From: Aestuariivita sp. | Lineage (GTDB): Bacteria; Pseudomonadota; Alphaproteobacteria; Rhodobacterales; Rhodobacteraceae | Assembly (NCBI GenBank): GCA_026710045.1 | Contig: JAPORU010000047.1 | Coordinates: forward strand, 455-64,454 | Length of the DNA: 64,000 bases | Direction: 5' to 3' | In this document: one piece after another, positions 40,551-50,009 of the stretch | Layout of the letters: every line of letters begins with the position of its first letter | Numbering within the stretch: the first letter of the stretch is position 1 | Notes under the pieces: model-generated | Database searches by the model: none | Told to the model about the DNA's origin: nothing | The model's input: the letters and a program-made list of their open reading frames with translations, nothing else | Made by a program: the position numbers and the translations under genes

Positions 40551-41288
40551 TCATGTTCCAGATCTCAACTCTTTGAGCAGTTCTGCTTGGCTTTTCATAA
40601 CCTCATGATCATCGATGGATCGTGGTATCGATCCAGATGGAGATTTTATTTTTTGTAAACCATGTTTTCGCATAATAAAGATGTTTTGTCCGAGTCGGGC
40701 CGCTTCACCTGGATCGTGGGTTACAAGAAGTACGGTACAGCCGGAGAGAACAGACGTTGTTAATTCTTGCATGTTTGCACGGGTTACCGCATCAAGCGCA
40801 GAGAAGGGTTCATCCAGAAGTACGATGGGACAATCTTCCATGAGCGTGCGGGCAAGAGCCGCACGCTGACGTTGTCCACCAGAAAGGGCATGGGGTTTTT
40901 TCTTGCCATGGTCGCGCAAACCAACGCGCTTGAGCACATCGGAAACTTTGTCGACATCGGGCTTCTCGCCTCTCAGGCGTGATCCAATTGAGACATTGTC
41001 CGATGTTGACAGCCACGGAAGAAGGAGATCATCTTGCGCCATCAACGCAATGTGACGTGGCTCTGATCTTAATTGACCGTGAAAATCTATTCCTTCTCGG
41101 AGCCCCGCAAATAACTTTAGGATTGTTGACTTTCCAACACCACTCGCTCCAAGAAGGCAGGTCCATTCGCCATGCGGCAAATCGAGGTGTACTCCATCAA
41201 AGATCAAAGATCCGTCAATTGACGCGGATCCTGATAGCTGCATCATACGTGCATAATTCTTCATTGAAATTCGTGACACATTCATCAT
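40551..41288 (-). CDS. ABC transporter ATP-binding protein (ThiZ-like)
   Basis: Walker A GASGVGKST, signature LSGGQRQR, Walker B IVLLDEP. Confidence 0.9.
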   Translation of the reverse strand: MMNVSRISMKNYARMMQLSGSASIDGSLIFDGVHLDLPHGEWTCLLGASGVGKSTILKLFAGLREGIDFHGQLRSEPRHIALMAQDDLLLPWLSTSDNVSIGSRLRGEKPDVDKVSDVLKRVGLRDHGKKKPHALSGGQRQRAALARTLMEDCPIVLLDEPFSALDAVTRANMQELTTSVLSGCTVLLVTHDPGEAARLGQNIFIMRKHGLQKIKSPSGSIPRSIDDHEVMKSQAELLKELRSGT

Positions 41289-41428
41289 CTCAGTGCATGT
41301 CTTGAGATCGATTTCATAACCGGGAGCACGGCCCTTTCAGGGATGGTGACTTAAGTGGATAGGACCGATAGCCGCTCGTCGAGAATGGATGGGTTGAGTA
41401 CAGGCTCAAATTTTTGTGCAATGTGGAT

Positions 41429-42364
41429 TTAATCTTCTCCGAGATCGATCGCCAATTTCGAGACGGGTCGATGACCCTCGACAAGCCCTGCGTCAGACAT
41501 GAAATCCTCAAACCGGGAATAACGTCCCTTGTCCAGAGCGGCTGGACGTAGCGCAAAGCGGGGCAGGGTATCGATCCAAGCCTTTGCATTGAGTTCATCG
41601 TCGAGTTCGGGTGAATAATTCCGGAATATGTTCCAGCTAGCATCCGGGTTGTTGACAATATATTGGGTGGCCAACTCTGTTGCGCGCAGAAAGCGCCGAA
41701 TAGCATCCGTGTTCATGCGATCCGTGTTCGCGACATAAATCAACTCGTCATAGGTTGGTACGCCTTCTTCTTCTACATAGAAACAGCGCCCCTCAATTCC
41801 CTCTATCTCCATCTGGTTCAGTTCAAAATTGCGAAAGGCGCCGATGACGGCATCGACTTGTCCTGACATTAACGCGGGTGATAACGAGAAATTGACATTG
41901 ACCAATTCAATCTCGTTCAACTGTACCCCATGTCGTTGCAGCATCGTCGTGAGTAGAGCTTCTTCCACGCCGGCTACAGAAAAACCGATCTTGCGTCCTT
42001 TCAGCTGGCTCAGTGAATTGATGGGACCTTCTTTCAAGACAAGAAGGCAATTGAGCGGCGATGCAATCAGAGTTCCAACCCGTATAAGCGGCAGTCCTTC
42101 GGCAACTTGAAGGTGCTGGGATTGTTGATAACTGACGGCTAAGTCCCCGCTTCCGGCCGCGACTAGCTTGGGCGGGGCAGATGGATCAGCGGGTGGAATG
42201 ATCTCGACTAATAGATTTTGATCGGCAAAATAACCTTGCTCCTCTGCGATAATGATCGGCGCGTGATTTGGGTTTACGAACCAGTCAAGTAAAAGGGTAA
42301 GTTTGTCCTGTGCGGTCGCGGGAGTTGCGAGTAGGAGCATGATGGGAATAATGAAGTAACGCAT
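41429..42364 (-). CDS. NMT1/THI5-like ABC substrate-binding protein (ThiY-like, pyrimidine-precursor uptake)
   Basis: Start trimmed to MRYFIIPIMLLLATPATA (signal peptide). LLLDWFVNPNHAPIIIAEEQGYF is typical of NMT1/THI5-like SBPs. Confidence 0.75.
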   Translation of the reverse strand: MRYFIIPIMLLLATPATAQDKLTLLLDWFVNPNHAPIIIAEEQGYFADQNLLVEIIPPADPSAPPKLVAAGSGDLAVSYQQSQHLQVAEGLPLIRVGTLIASPLNCLLVLKEGPINSLSQLKGRKIGFSVAGVEEALLTTMLQRHGVQLNEIELVNVNFSLSPALMSGQVDAVIGAFRNFELNQMEIEGIEGRCFYVEEEGVPTYDELIYVANTDRMNTDAIRRFLRATELATQYIVNNPDASWNIFRNYSPELDDELNAKAWIDTLPRFALRPAALDKGRYSRFEDFMSDAGLVEGHRPVSKLAIDLGED

Positions 42365-42528
42365 GAGCGTGTCCTTTATGTTTTTTTGGTGATCTCTTTG
42401 GCTTTGCTGAGAAGCGGTGTTATAGAGTGTTCTGGTCGACTTTTGGGCTGGATGAATCACAGAGAGAATGTCTGGTCAGTAAGCGATGGCTTAACGTATC
42501 ATTGGATTGTGCCAACACGCGGAGGGTC

Positions 42529-43344
42529 TCAGAATGTCACATGTGAGTCGTCCCAACGTTCGGTCCAGATGTTATGAAAGTGGTGAATGGGTCCAAAGCC
42601 TTTTCCTACAGAAAGTTTGTCACTCTGTCGGATGGCCTGATGCAACCAATGATGCGACGTTTCCACGGCCTGCGTAAGTGTCCAGCCCTTGGCTAATCCG
42701 GCGGCGATCGCCGAAGAATAACTGCATCCGGTTCCATGGGTGTTGCAGGTATTGATTCTGGGTGTTTCGAGTTTGAGCCGTGTCTTGGTGTCCACAAGAA
42801 AATCTGAGCAGATTGCCTCCTTACCGTGACCGCCCTTCATTAAAATTGCCTTTGGCCCCAAGGCCATTAGGCCCGTGGCGCGGTCAAACATATTTCCGTT
42901 TGCATGACCAAGAAGTGTATTTGCTTCTGGAATATTTGGAGTCAGCAAATCCGCCCTCGGCAATAGATTGTCTCGCAGTGCATCTATGGCGTGGTCATCT
43001 AACAACGTGGCACCTGACTTAGCGACAATGACCGGATCAAGAACAATCGGACCGGAATAACCTTGCAGTGTTTTCGCAACGGTTTTGACAATTGATGATG
43101 ATCCCAACATTCCAATTTTGATTGCATCAATCAAAATGTCATCGAGAACAGCTTCAATCTGTGCCTGAATTGTCGTGTTTGGGATGAGATGGATGTCTGT
43201 CACCGATTGTGTGTTTTGTGCTGTTACGGCTGTAATGACGGAACATCCGTAGACACCCAGGGCGCTAAAAGTTTTAAGATCGGCTTGAATACCGGCTCCG
43301 CCGCCGGAATCGGATCCTGCTATGGTGAGTACCCGATAGATCAT
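42529..43344 (-). CDS. thiD: hydroxymethylpyrimidine/phosphomethylpyrimidine kinase
   Basis: Start trimmed to MIYRVLTIAGSDSGGGAGIQADLKT. The 39-codon N-terminal extension in the ORF track overlaps the riboswitch. Confidence 0.9.
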   Translation of the reverse strand: MIYRVLTIAGSDSGGGAGIQADLKTFSALGVYGCSVITAVTAQNTQSVTDIHLIPNTTIQAQIEAVLDDILIDAIKIGMLGSSSIVKTVAKTLQGYSGPIVLDPVIVAKSGATLLDDHAIDALRDNLLPRADLLTPNIPEANTLLGHANGNMFDRATGLMALGPKAILMKGGHGKEAICSDFLVDTKTRLKLETPRINTCNTHGTGCSYSSAIAAGLAKGWTLTQAVETSHHWLHQAIRQSDKLSVGKGFGPIHHFHNIWTERWDDSHVTF

Positions 43345-43404
43345 TATGTGTTGGCAAAGCCGTGACATCGAATGCATGTACACGGGTAAAAAGATGGAAA
43401 AAGT

Positions 43405-43500
43405 TGTGAAAACACCTGTTTCCTCCGCCGGTTCGAGCCGGATCAGGTTCAATGGGTTCACGCTGTGCGTATCTCAGCCCAATAGGGCTCCCCAACAGTT
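43405..43500 (-). promoter_or_regulatory. TPP (THI-box) riboswitch
   Basis: The minus strand reads GGGGAGCCCUAUUGGGCUGAGAUACGCACAGCGUGAACCCAUUGAACCUGAUCCGGCUCGAACCGGCGGAGGAAACAGG. This contains the conserved CUGAGA, ACCC..GAACCUGAUC and CCGGCG.AGGAA elements, directly upstream of thiD. Confidence 0.85.
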
Positions 43501-43571
43501 ATGTCATGATATAAGGACTATGATTGGACGATGTCAATAGGGTACTCATCAGTAATTTGATTTTGAGCGTG

Positions 43572-44030
43572 TCATTCCAGGAAGTCACCGGGATTGACGC
43601 GGCCGATGTTACCTAAGAGTTGACGTAAGAAACCTTGATTTGAAACCGAGCTCTCGGTGACACGTTGTGTAAGCAAAATCTCCCGTCCATCCGTTAAGTC
43701 ATAGGTCTCTATATTGCTCAAAACACCCTTTTCATCAAAGTTGATGGCGACGAGAGTTCGTTCGACGACTTCAGGTGCTTGATAGCCGAGGTGACGTACG
43801 CTCGACCGCATGTAATAGACTGCGCTCTTGTCAAGAATATCGGAAAAGGTCGCGGATCCTAAACGCGCTTCAATGCTATCACGGGTATCGACGCCAACGA
43901 CCAATTCTGCCAATTCTTCTTCACTGGGCACATATCCGTGATTTCGGTACTGTGACGTGCAGGCGACCAGACTGATGGCAGCTATGATTGTGCACGTGAA
44001 CAGAGCGTAAAAATTCAGGTATCGGGTCAA
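43572..44030 (-). CDS. bamE: outer membrane protein assembly factor BamE (SmpA/OmlA lipoprotein)
   Basis: 152 aa. Lipobox SLVAC followed by HGYVPSEEELAELVVGVDTRDSIEARLGS. Confidence 0.8.
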   Translation of the reverse strand: MTRYLNFYALFTCTIIAAISLVACTSQYRNHGYVPSEEELAELVVGVDTRDSIEARLGSATFSDILDKSAVYYMRSSVRHLGYQAPEVVERTLVAINFDEKGVLSNIETYDLTDGREILLTQRVTESSVSNQGFLRQLLGNIGRVNPGDFLE

Positions 44031-44119
44031 TTTTCCAACTGCACTTTTTTATATTTCAGTTGACTGAGGGGTTTAGTATAGAGTTTACGCCGTTGCTTCA
44101 AGAATGAAACGAGGTCTTC

Positions 44120-44665
44120 ATGTCGTCTCAATCACCGAATTCATTCAAAGTCGTCGAATTATCGCAAAATCGGGTTACAGACTTTCATCTTGAACCTTCA
44201 CGTGACGTACTGGATACTCTGGCAACGGATTTAGGTCTGACGACACTTAGAAAAGTGTGCTTTAAAGGGAAAATTCAGGCGCATGATCAAACCGATTGGA
44301 AGGTCAAGGGATGTATTACAGCACACGTTGTGCAACCATGCGTTGCAACTCTTGAACCGGTCATCACGTGGGTCGAGACATGTGTCGAACGACGCTATGT
44401 TGCAGACTTTGAACATCCGACCGGGGCCGAAATTGAAATGTCTGAGCAGGATGATACAATTGAACCGATTGGTGAGGAGATCAATCTTTGTAGTATCATG
44501 TTTGAGTCGTTGGCACTTGCCATTCCGACCTATCCTCGCCGCACAAACATTGACTTGGTCAACATGACCGTGACGGAACCTGAAAGAGAACCTCTAACCG
44601 ACGCGGACATGCACCCTTTCGCTAAGTTAGCGGACATGAGAAATGCGATGCGAGAGAAGAGTTAG
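44120..44665 (+). CDS. YceD/DUF177 family protein
   Basis: 181 aa. An acidic protein with the CV..LEPV core and a C-terminal PFAKLADM tail, divergent from bamE as in many Alphaproteobacteria. Confidence 0.7.
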   Translation: MSSQSPNSFKVVELSQNRVTDFHLEPSRDVLDTLATDLGLTTLRKVCFKGKIQAHDQTDWKVKGCITAHVVQPCVATLEPVITWVETCVERRYVADFEHPTGAEIEMSEQDDTIEPIGEEINLCSIMFESLALAIPTYPRRTNIDLVNMTVTEPEREPLTDADMHPFAKLADMRNAMREKS

Positions 44666-45091
44666 TATCTCTGTCGGCGATGTATATGTCCAGCCGGGCT
44701 GGTTCCTCCTCTCTTCTGCCTTCCCTGCAGGTGATCAAGAGTAAGCTAACGAGGAACATCGCATATTTACCAAGAGCAGAGAGCTCATCCGGTTTCTTCA
44801 AAGGGTTGTTGTATTCAACGGGCGGTCCGACAGAATGGGCGCGTTTTTGATTGAGGGACCCGCGTTATTCCGAGATCCGATGATGTCGATTCGAAAGGGA
44901 TTGGAAAACGATGTCGAAATCGCTATGAAGTTTTACGTACGACATAGACATTTACGCGTTTGACAGAATCTTGGGTTTCTTGAGGTATCTGAGTGCATAC
45001 TCTAATAATGGTAGCCCTTGATTGGCGCATGTAACTTCGATAAGTCGTCCCATCATTGTCACCGTGGAGACACGATTCCTTTACTTCTGCC

Positions 45092-45873
45092 ATGAATTTG
45101 ATTCCATGTTTTGTCCTTTCCCTGCCGGACTGCTTGGACCGGCGGAGCACGATTTCCGGGTCGCTTCGTGACATCGACCTTTCATTCGAGTTCTTTGATG
45201 CGGTGGATGGTCGCAATGGTCTGGATGACGACTCGGAACGACAGATTGACCGCGAGGCGGCAAGACGCGCCGGTGCGCATATGTCCGATGCAGAATTTGC
45301 ATGTGCGCTGTCACACATCAATATCTACCGCAAGATCATTGCCGACGCGATCCCCTATACTCTGATTCTAGAGGATGATGTTACGGTTGATCCATCCCTG
45401 ATCGATTTTCTTTCGGGGAAACATTATCAGGATGCGGACCTTACCCAGATTTATAGCAGTCCTAAAGGCTGTTATGTTCGAAGGGGGGGGGTAAACAGCT
45501 TCAGGGTGGGTACAGATCGTATGTGCGTCCTCCGCAGATCCCATGTCGTGGCGCCTGTGGCTATGTAATTTCATACGAAGCGGCGCATCACCTCGTCGCA
45601 CATGCCGTTCCGGTTCGGCAAGTCGCAGATTGGCCCGATTGTCTGCAAAGTCTGATTGCACAACAAAGATGCCGCGTGGTCTATCCAACGCTTGTTCGGC
45701 ATCCAAGACGAGGGGATGCGGAGTGGACATCCGTGATCGACACCGGTGGCCGAAAATCCAAGAAGGAAAGTCGGCGGTTTCTCGGTGTCTATATTCCGCC
45801 GTTCCGTAAAGTCATCCGAAGTTACCGACGTGGTTGGCGCAAGCTAATCTACAAACGCCTTCCCCGGCAATAG
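45092..45873 (+). pseudogene. family-25 LPS/LOS glycosyltransferase, frameshifted at a G9 tract (phase-OFF or sequencing artefact)
   Basis: The N-terminal part (ORF 45056..45568 frame) has the GT25 signature MNLIPCFVLSLPDCLDRR...SFEFFDAVDG. The C-terminal part (ORF 45523..45873 frame) is colinear with the downstream paralog, including RRFLGVYIPPFRK..SYRR. The two frames join exactly at G9 (45483-45491), and one extra G gives an uninterrupted protein of about 260 aa. Confidence 0.8.
45483..45491 (+). repeat. poly-G (G9) homopolymer inside GT25 copy 1
   Basis: Counted directly: aaGGGGGGGGGtaaac. Confidence 0.95.
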
Positions 45874-45915
45874 GCCCATGACACAGCGATCGGACAGCGG
45901 AAAGGTCGACTTAAT

Positions 45916-46683
45916 ATGATACCGACCTTTGTCATTTCCCTTTCCGACTACGAAGATCGGCGTCGCAGCATTGCCAGTCATCTCAATCAGTTGGGGATTT
46001 CCTTTGAGTTCTGGGATGCGGTTGATGGGCGGAATGGCTTGCCTACCATGTATGAACGTCAGATTGATCGTCAGGCGGCCAAAAAGGCCGGGCGGGCTCT
46101 GTCCGATACGGAATATGCATGCGCCTTATCGCATATTACTCTTTATCGTCGAATCGTTGCGGATCGGATCCCTTACGCCCTGATCTTTGAAGACGATGCG
46201 CTTCCTCTTCCTTCACTCCTTGATTTTCTTGCGGGGAAACATTGGGGGGGGGCGGACATAATCCAGCTATGGACAAGAAGAAGGACTTTTGTCAGACGGC
46301 GCGGTGCGAGGAAACTTTTCGCCGATCATGTATCGTATCTTGCTGCGCCGCGCATGAAAAGTCCCAGCACGGTGGCCTATACAGTTTCCTTATCGGCCGC
46401 CAGGACCATTGTCGACGAGGCACTTCCTGTTGACAAGGAAGCCGACTGGCCCTCCTGTGTTGATGATCTCATAAAGAAAAGGCAATTCCGCTGCATTTAT
46501 CCGCCGCTTGTTTGTCATCAATCCGTCGAAGGGTACTGCGAATCATCCATTGTCAGTGCGTCGAGCAGTATCGGCAACAAGGACAAGCGGAGGTTCCTTG
46601 GTGTCTATATCCCATCCTTTCGTAAGATGCTGCAATCTTATCGTCGGGCTCCTCTTAAATTGTTGTGCAAACGCCTTCCTTAG
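45916..46683 (+). CDS. family-25 LPS/LOS glycosyltransferase (intact, in frame through a G9 tract)
   Basis: 255 aa. MIPTFVISLSDYEDRRRSI...SFEFWDAVDGRNG is the GT25 (LgtB/LgtE/Lic2-type) signature. Roughly half the residues are identical to the restored upstream copy. Confidence 0.85.
   Translation: MIPTFVISLSDYEDRRRSIASHLNQLGISFEFWDAVDGRNGLPTMYERQIDRQAAKKAGRALSDTEYACALSHITLYRRIVADRIPYALIFEDDALPLPSLLDFLAGKHWGGADIIQLWTRRRTFVRRRGARKLFADHVSYLAAPRMKSPSTVAYTVSLSAARTIVDEALPVDKEADWPSCVDDLIKKRQFRCIYPPLVCHQSVEGYCESSIVSASSSIGNKDKRRFLGVYIPSFRKMLQSYRRAPLKLLCKRLP
46244..46252 (+). repeat. poly-G (G9) homopolymer inside GT25 copy 2
   Basis: Counted directly: cattGGGGGGGGGcggac, encoding H-W-G-G-A. Confidence 0.95.
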
Positions 46684-46967
46684 TCAAAGCGAGTTTACGT
46701 TATATCAAGTGGAGTCCGTCCCCGCGGATCATTTGATCCGGCTTTATCGGATAGACACCACCTCAACAACGGATTTCAGGCCGTCGTTTTCCGAATTTCC
46801 TTAAGGAATATCTAAAGAGGCCAATTAAGGTTGAAATTGATGTGTGAGAAAATGCGATCAGATCAAAGAGCTTCTCATGGGCCGACGCCAACGTACCCGC
46901 GTTCTAACATATTTTCAAAATGATAGCGAATTATCGCGGAGCCCAGGTGCCATGGTAGATCAGGAAA

Positions 46968-48227
46968 CTAAATGTGTCCGGCATCGTTGAACTGAACGCG
47001 TACATGTCTTTTTTTCCCGGCGCTTAATTTCAGGGGTGAATCATAGGAATCGATATCCAACATATGGCCTGTATTCGTAATTAGGTGATCGTTGATCCGG
47101 GCACCTCCGTCGTGAATGAGGCGTCTAGCCTCTTTTCCAGATGTCGCGAGACCCGATCGAACAAATATTTGCGCAATAGAAATTGGCAATTCTCGAATAG
47201 AAATTGAGATTGTTGGCATTGCATCGCCCAAGCCACCGCACTCAAATATGTCACGTGCGGTCTCCGCTGCAGCTTGAGCGGCTGTGTCTCCATGGCACAA
47301 TCGTGTAACTTCGTTGGCCAGAGTGATTTTAGCCGTATTGATCTCGGTGTCCTTTAGCGCTGCCAAACGATTACACTCGTCAATTGATAATTCGGTAAAC
47401 AGCTTTAGAAACCGACCAACATCGGCATCGCCCACATTGCGCCAGTATTGCCAGAAATCATAGGGGCTGAGCATGTCGGCATTCAGCCAGACGGCGCCTC
47501 CAACAGTTTTCCCCATTTTTTTCCCGTCGGATGTTGTCAGCAGCGGAGACGTAATGCCAAAGATATTCTGCATCAAGACACGGCGCGTTAAGTCGATTCC
47601 GTTGACAATGTTGCCCCATTGGTCGCTTCCACCAAATTGCAGTCGGCATCCATAGCGGCGGTTTAACTCGAGAAAATCATAAGCCTGAAGGAGCATATAG
47701 TTGAATTCCAGGAAGGACAGTGATTGCGCACGATCGAGTCGAGACTTGACGCTCTCAAAACTGAGCATCCGATTAACACTGAAGTGACGACCAAAGTCAT
47801 TCAAGAAGTCGAGGTAATTCAGATCGTTGAGCCATTCCGAATTATCCAGCATCAAGGCATCACTGTTTCCGTTCCCGTACTGCAGGTAATTTGAGAATAC
47901 GGATTTTATTCCGATAATATTGGCCGTAATGTCTTCAGTTGAAAGCACCGGGCGTTCATCGGCACGAAAAGATGGGTCGCCAATTCGTGTTGTACCGCCG
48001 CCCATAAGCGTAATCGGTTTATGTCCTGTTTTTTGTAGCCATCGCAGCATCATGATTTGCGTAAGTGAGCCGATATGAAGTGATTTGGCGGTTGCGTCAA
48101 AGCCGACATAGCCGATCATCATTTCTGAGCGGAGGGCCTCATCAAGTTCTTCAATATCGGTGCAATCCGCTAGAAACCCGCGTTGTATCAATACGGCAAG
48201 AAAATCTGATTTCGGATGGTAGTCCAT
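46968..48227 (-). CDS. tyrS: tyrosine--tRNA ligase
   Basis: 419 aa. A HIGS (HIGH-type) motif, a KMGKT (KMSKS-type) motif and a C-terminal S4-like domain. Confidence 0.95.
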   Translation of the reverse strand: MDYHPKSDFLAVLIQRGFLADCTDIEELDEALRSEMMIGYVGFDATAKSLHIGSLTQIMMLRWLQKTGHKPITLMGGGTTRIGDPSFRADERPVLSTEDITANIIGIKSVFSNYLQYGNGNSDALMLDNSEWLNDLNYLDFLNDFGRHFSVNRMLSFESVKSRLDRAQSLSFLEFNYMLLQAYDFLELNRRYGCRLQFGGSDQWGNIVNGIDLTRRVLMQNIFGITSPLLTTSDGKKMGKTVGGAVWLNADMLSPYDFWQYWRNVGDADVGRFLKLFTELSIDECNRLAALKDTEINTAKITLANEVTRLCHGDTAAQAAAETARDIFECGGLGDAMPTISISIRELPISIAQIFVRSGLATSGKEARRLIHDGGARINDHLITNTGHMLDIDSYDSPLKLSAGKKRHVRVQFNDAGHI

Positions 48228-48290
48228 GTTTTGGCCTCGAAAAAATTTATTGTGTCTTCTACAGGCAGTTTAGGGATAAAGGAAGAGATC

Positions 48291-49394
48291 ATGAATTCTC
48301 CAATAACCCGTTCAGGATCAGTCCGATCACTTGGTACTATGAGTGGTACGTCCTTGGATGGTATTGACGCGGCTATTTTAGAGACGGATGGGCATCAGAT
48401 CTTTCGGTTTGGCAAGAAGCGTTATCGTCCTTACAACGCAGATGAGCGCCGTATTTTGCGCGCCGGACTGGATCATTGGCAGGGGGCTGCAGTTATTCAG
48501 GCAGAGAATGTTGTCAATCGGGCGCATGCCGAGCTCCTAGCGGAGTTTCATGATTTTGAATTGGTGGGATTTCATGGTCAGACGCTGGCGCATGAACCGC
48601 GGGGGCGCGGAACATTGCAAGCGGGTGATGGAAAAGCGCTTGCGGATTCAGTCGGTACACCTGTTGTCTGGGATTTTCGTTCTGAAGATATAGTACGGGG
48701 AGGAGAGGGTGCCCCGCTCGCGCCATTTTTTCATTTTGCGTGCAGTAAGTGGATCGGTGTTACGAAACCTGTGTGCTTTCTTAATCTCGGTGGCGTTGGG
48801 AATGTGACCTATGTCAATCCACAATGTGATCGTCCGGAGCGTGATGAAGCCTTGCTGGCCTTTGATACAGGTCCTGCGAATGCGCTGATTGACGATCTCA
48901 TGCAGATCCGACAGGGTCTGACAATGGATAAGCACGGATGTCTTGCCAAGACTGGAAAGGTGAATACAGATATTGTTGACGCCTTTGGTAAGCATCCGTA
49001 CTTTGACCGCAAGCCGCCTAAGTCATTGGATCGAAATGACTTTCCAGAAATGCTTGAACTTGTGTCGAGAGAAACAGATGCAGACGCGGCGGCAACTTTA
49101 ACGGCTTTGTCTGTTGCGAGTATTGTTCGAGGACTGGAGCATTTACCATCTTTGGTTTCTCATATTTTAGTCACCGGCGGTGGGCGCAAGAATTCGGAAT
49201 TGATGCACAAACTGAGAGAGTCCTGTTCTTTCCCGGTCGACTCTGTTGAGTCGGTGGGGCTTGATGGTGATATGCTCGAGGCACAAGCGTTTGCATACCT
49301 TGCAGTGAGAGTCATGAAGGGTTTGGCAACAAGCGGGCCGTCAACGACGGGAGTTTCGGTCCCTGTTTCGGGCGGTATTGTGAGTAGACCATAG
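48291..49394 (+). CDS. anmK: anhydro-N-acetylmuramic acid kinase
   Basis: [14 protein letters not shown] at the N-terminus. Start at the internal ATG. Divergent from tyrS. Confidence 0.9.
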   Translation: MNSPITRSGSVRSLGTMSGTSLDGIDAAILETDGHQIFRFGKKRYRPYNADERRILRAGLDHWQGAAVIQAENVVNRAHAELLAEFHDFELVGFHGQTLAHEPRGRGTLQAGDGKALADSVGTPVVWDFRSEDIVRGGEGAPLAPFFHFACSKWIGVTKPVCFLNLGGVGNVTYVNPQCDRPERDEALLAFDTGPANALIDDLMQIRQGLTMDKHGCLAKTGKVNTDIVDAFGKHPYFDRKPPKSLDRNDFPEMLELVSRETDADAAATLTALSVASIVRGLEHLPSLVSHILVTGGGRKNSELMHKLRESCSFPVDSVESVGLDGDMLEAQAFAYLAVRVMKGLATSGPSTTGVSVPVSGGIVSRP

Positions 49395-50009
49395 AGGCAC
49401 TACCAGTATCGTTTTGAATCCGTGCGACCAGTTCATATGGGCCTCAATGATTTTGCGGAAGGTGTTCTTTGAACGGTGATACGCTTGGCTTGACGCCACC
49501 TATTCCGCCATCTGCAACAGATTGCATCGTTAGGTCTGTCATTCGCGTCGTCTCTAAAGCACTTCATAACAGACCGAGTTCAGTGGACGATGCCGAATCC
49601 ATCTCCATTATGCAGCGCACACAAGGACCCCAAACGGACTCTTCTCTTCTAGTCGGCAATGGATGCGTTTGTGATTCCATCGTTCCCACATGAGCCTTTA
49701 CGTTGTCTTTCATGATGACGACGGAATGTTGCCTCAGTGGTTAATGAGGGGTGTCATAACGGAATTATATTTCTGTCGAGAGTCCTGCGTTTTGACATTT
49801 TGAGATCCGTGATTGCACGCGACAGAGCACAAAAGATCATATCTCCTTTCCTTTCGTGCGATCATAATGCGGCCACCCTAAAATTGCTGGACTCTGATTG
49901 AGAACATGTGGGGGAATCAGGCGTACATATGTTGACTTTCGTTGAATGTGATATGTTGCAAATGCGGCATTGTTCGATCAGTTTAAAAAATTGTGGTGCA
50001 TGATAGGTT

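Noticed and set aside
43345-43461. N-terminal 39-codon extension of thiD in the ORF track
   Set aside because: It overlaps the TPP riboswitch aptamer. Canonical ThiD begins at the internal MIYRVLTIAGSDSGGGAG.
44923-45321. 132-aa minus-strand ORF upstream of and overlapping GT25 copy 1
   Set aside because: It overlaps the well-supported GT25 N-terminus on the opposite strand and has an Arg/Ser-rich shadow composition.
49560-49700. Possible integrase-core (rve) transposase C-terminal relic on the minus strand (LMWERWNHKRIHCRLEEKSP, resembling the YN..RPH..L....P block)
   Set aside because: It is a single short motif-like match in a 600-bp gene-free gap, with no flanking similarity that I can read. 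That is too weak to call without a formal search.
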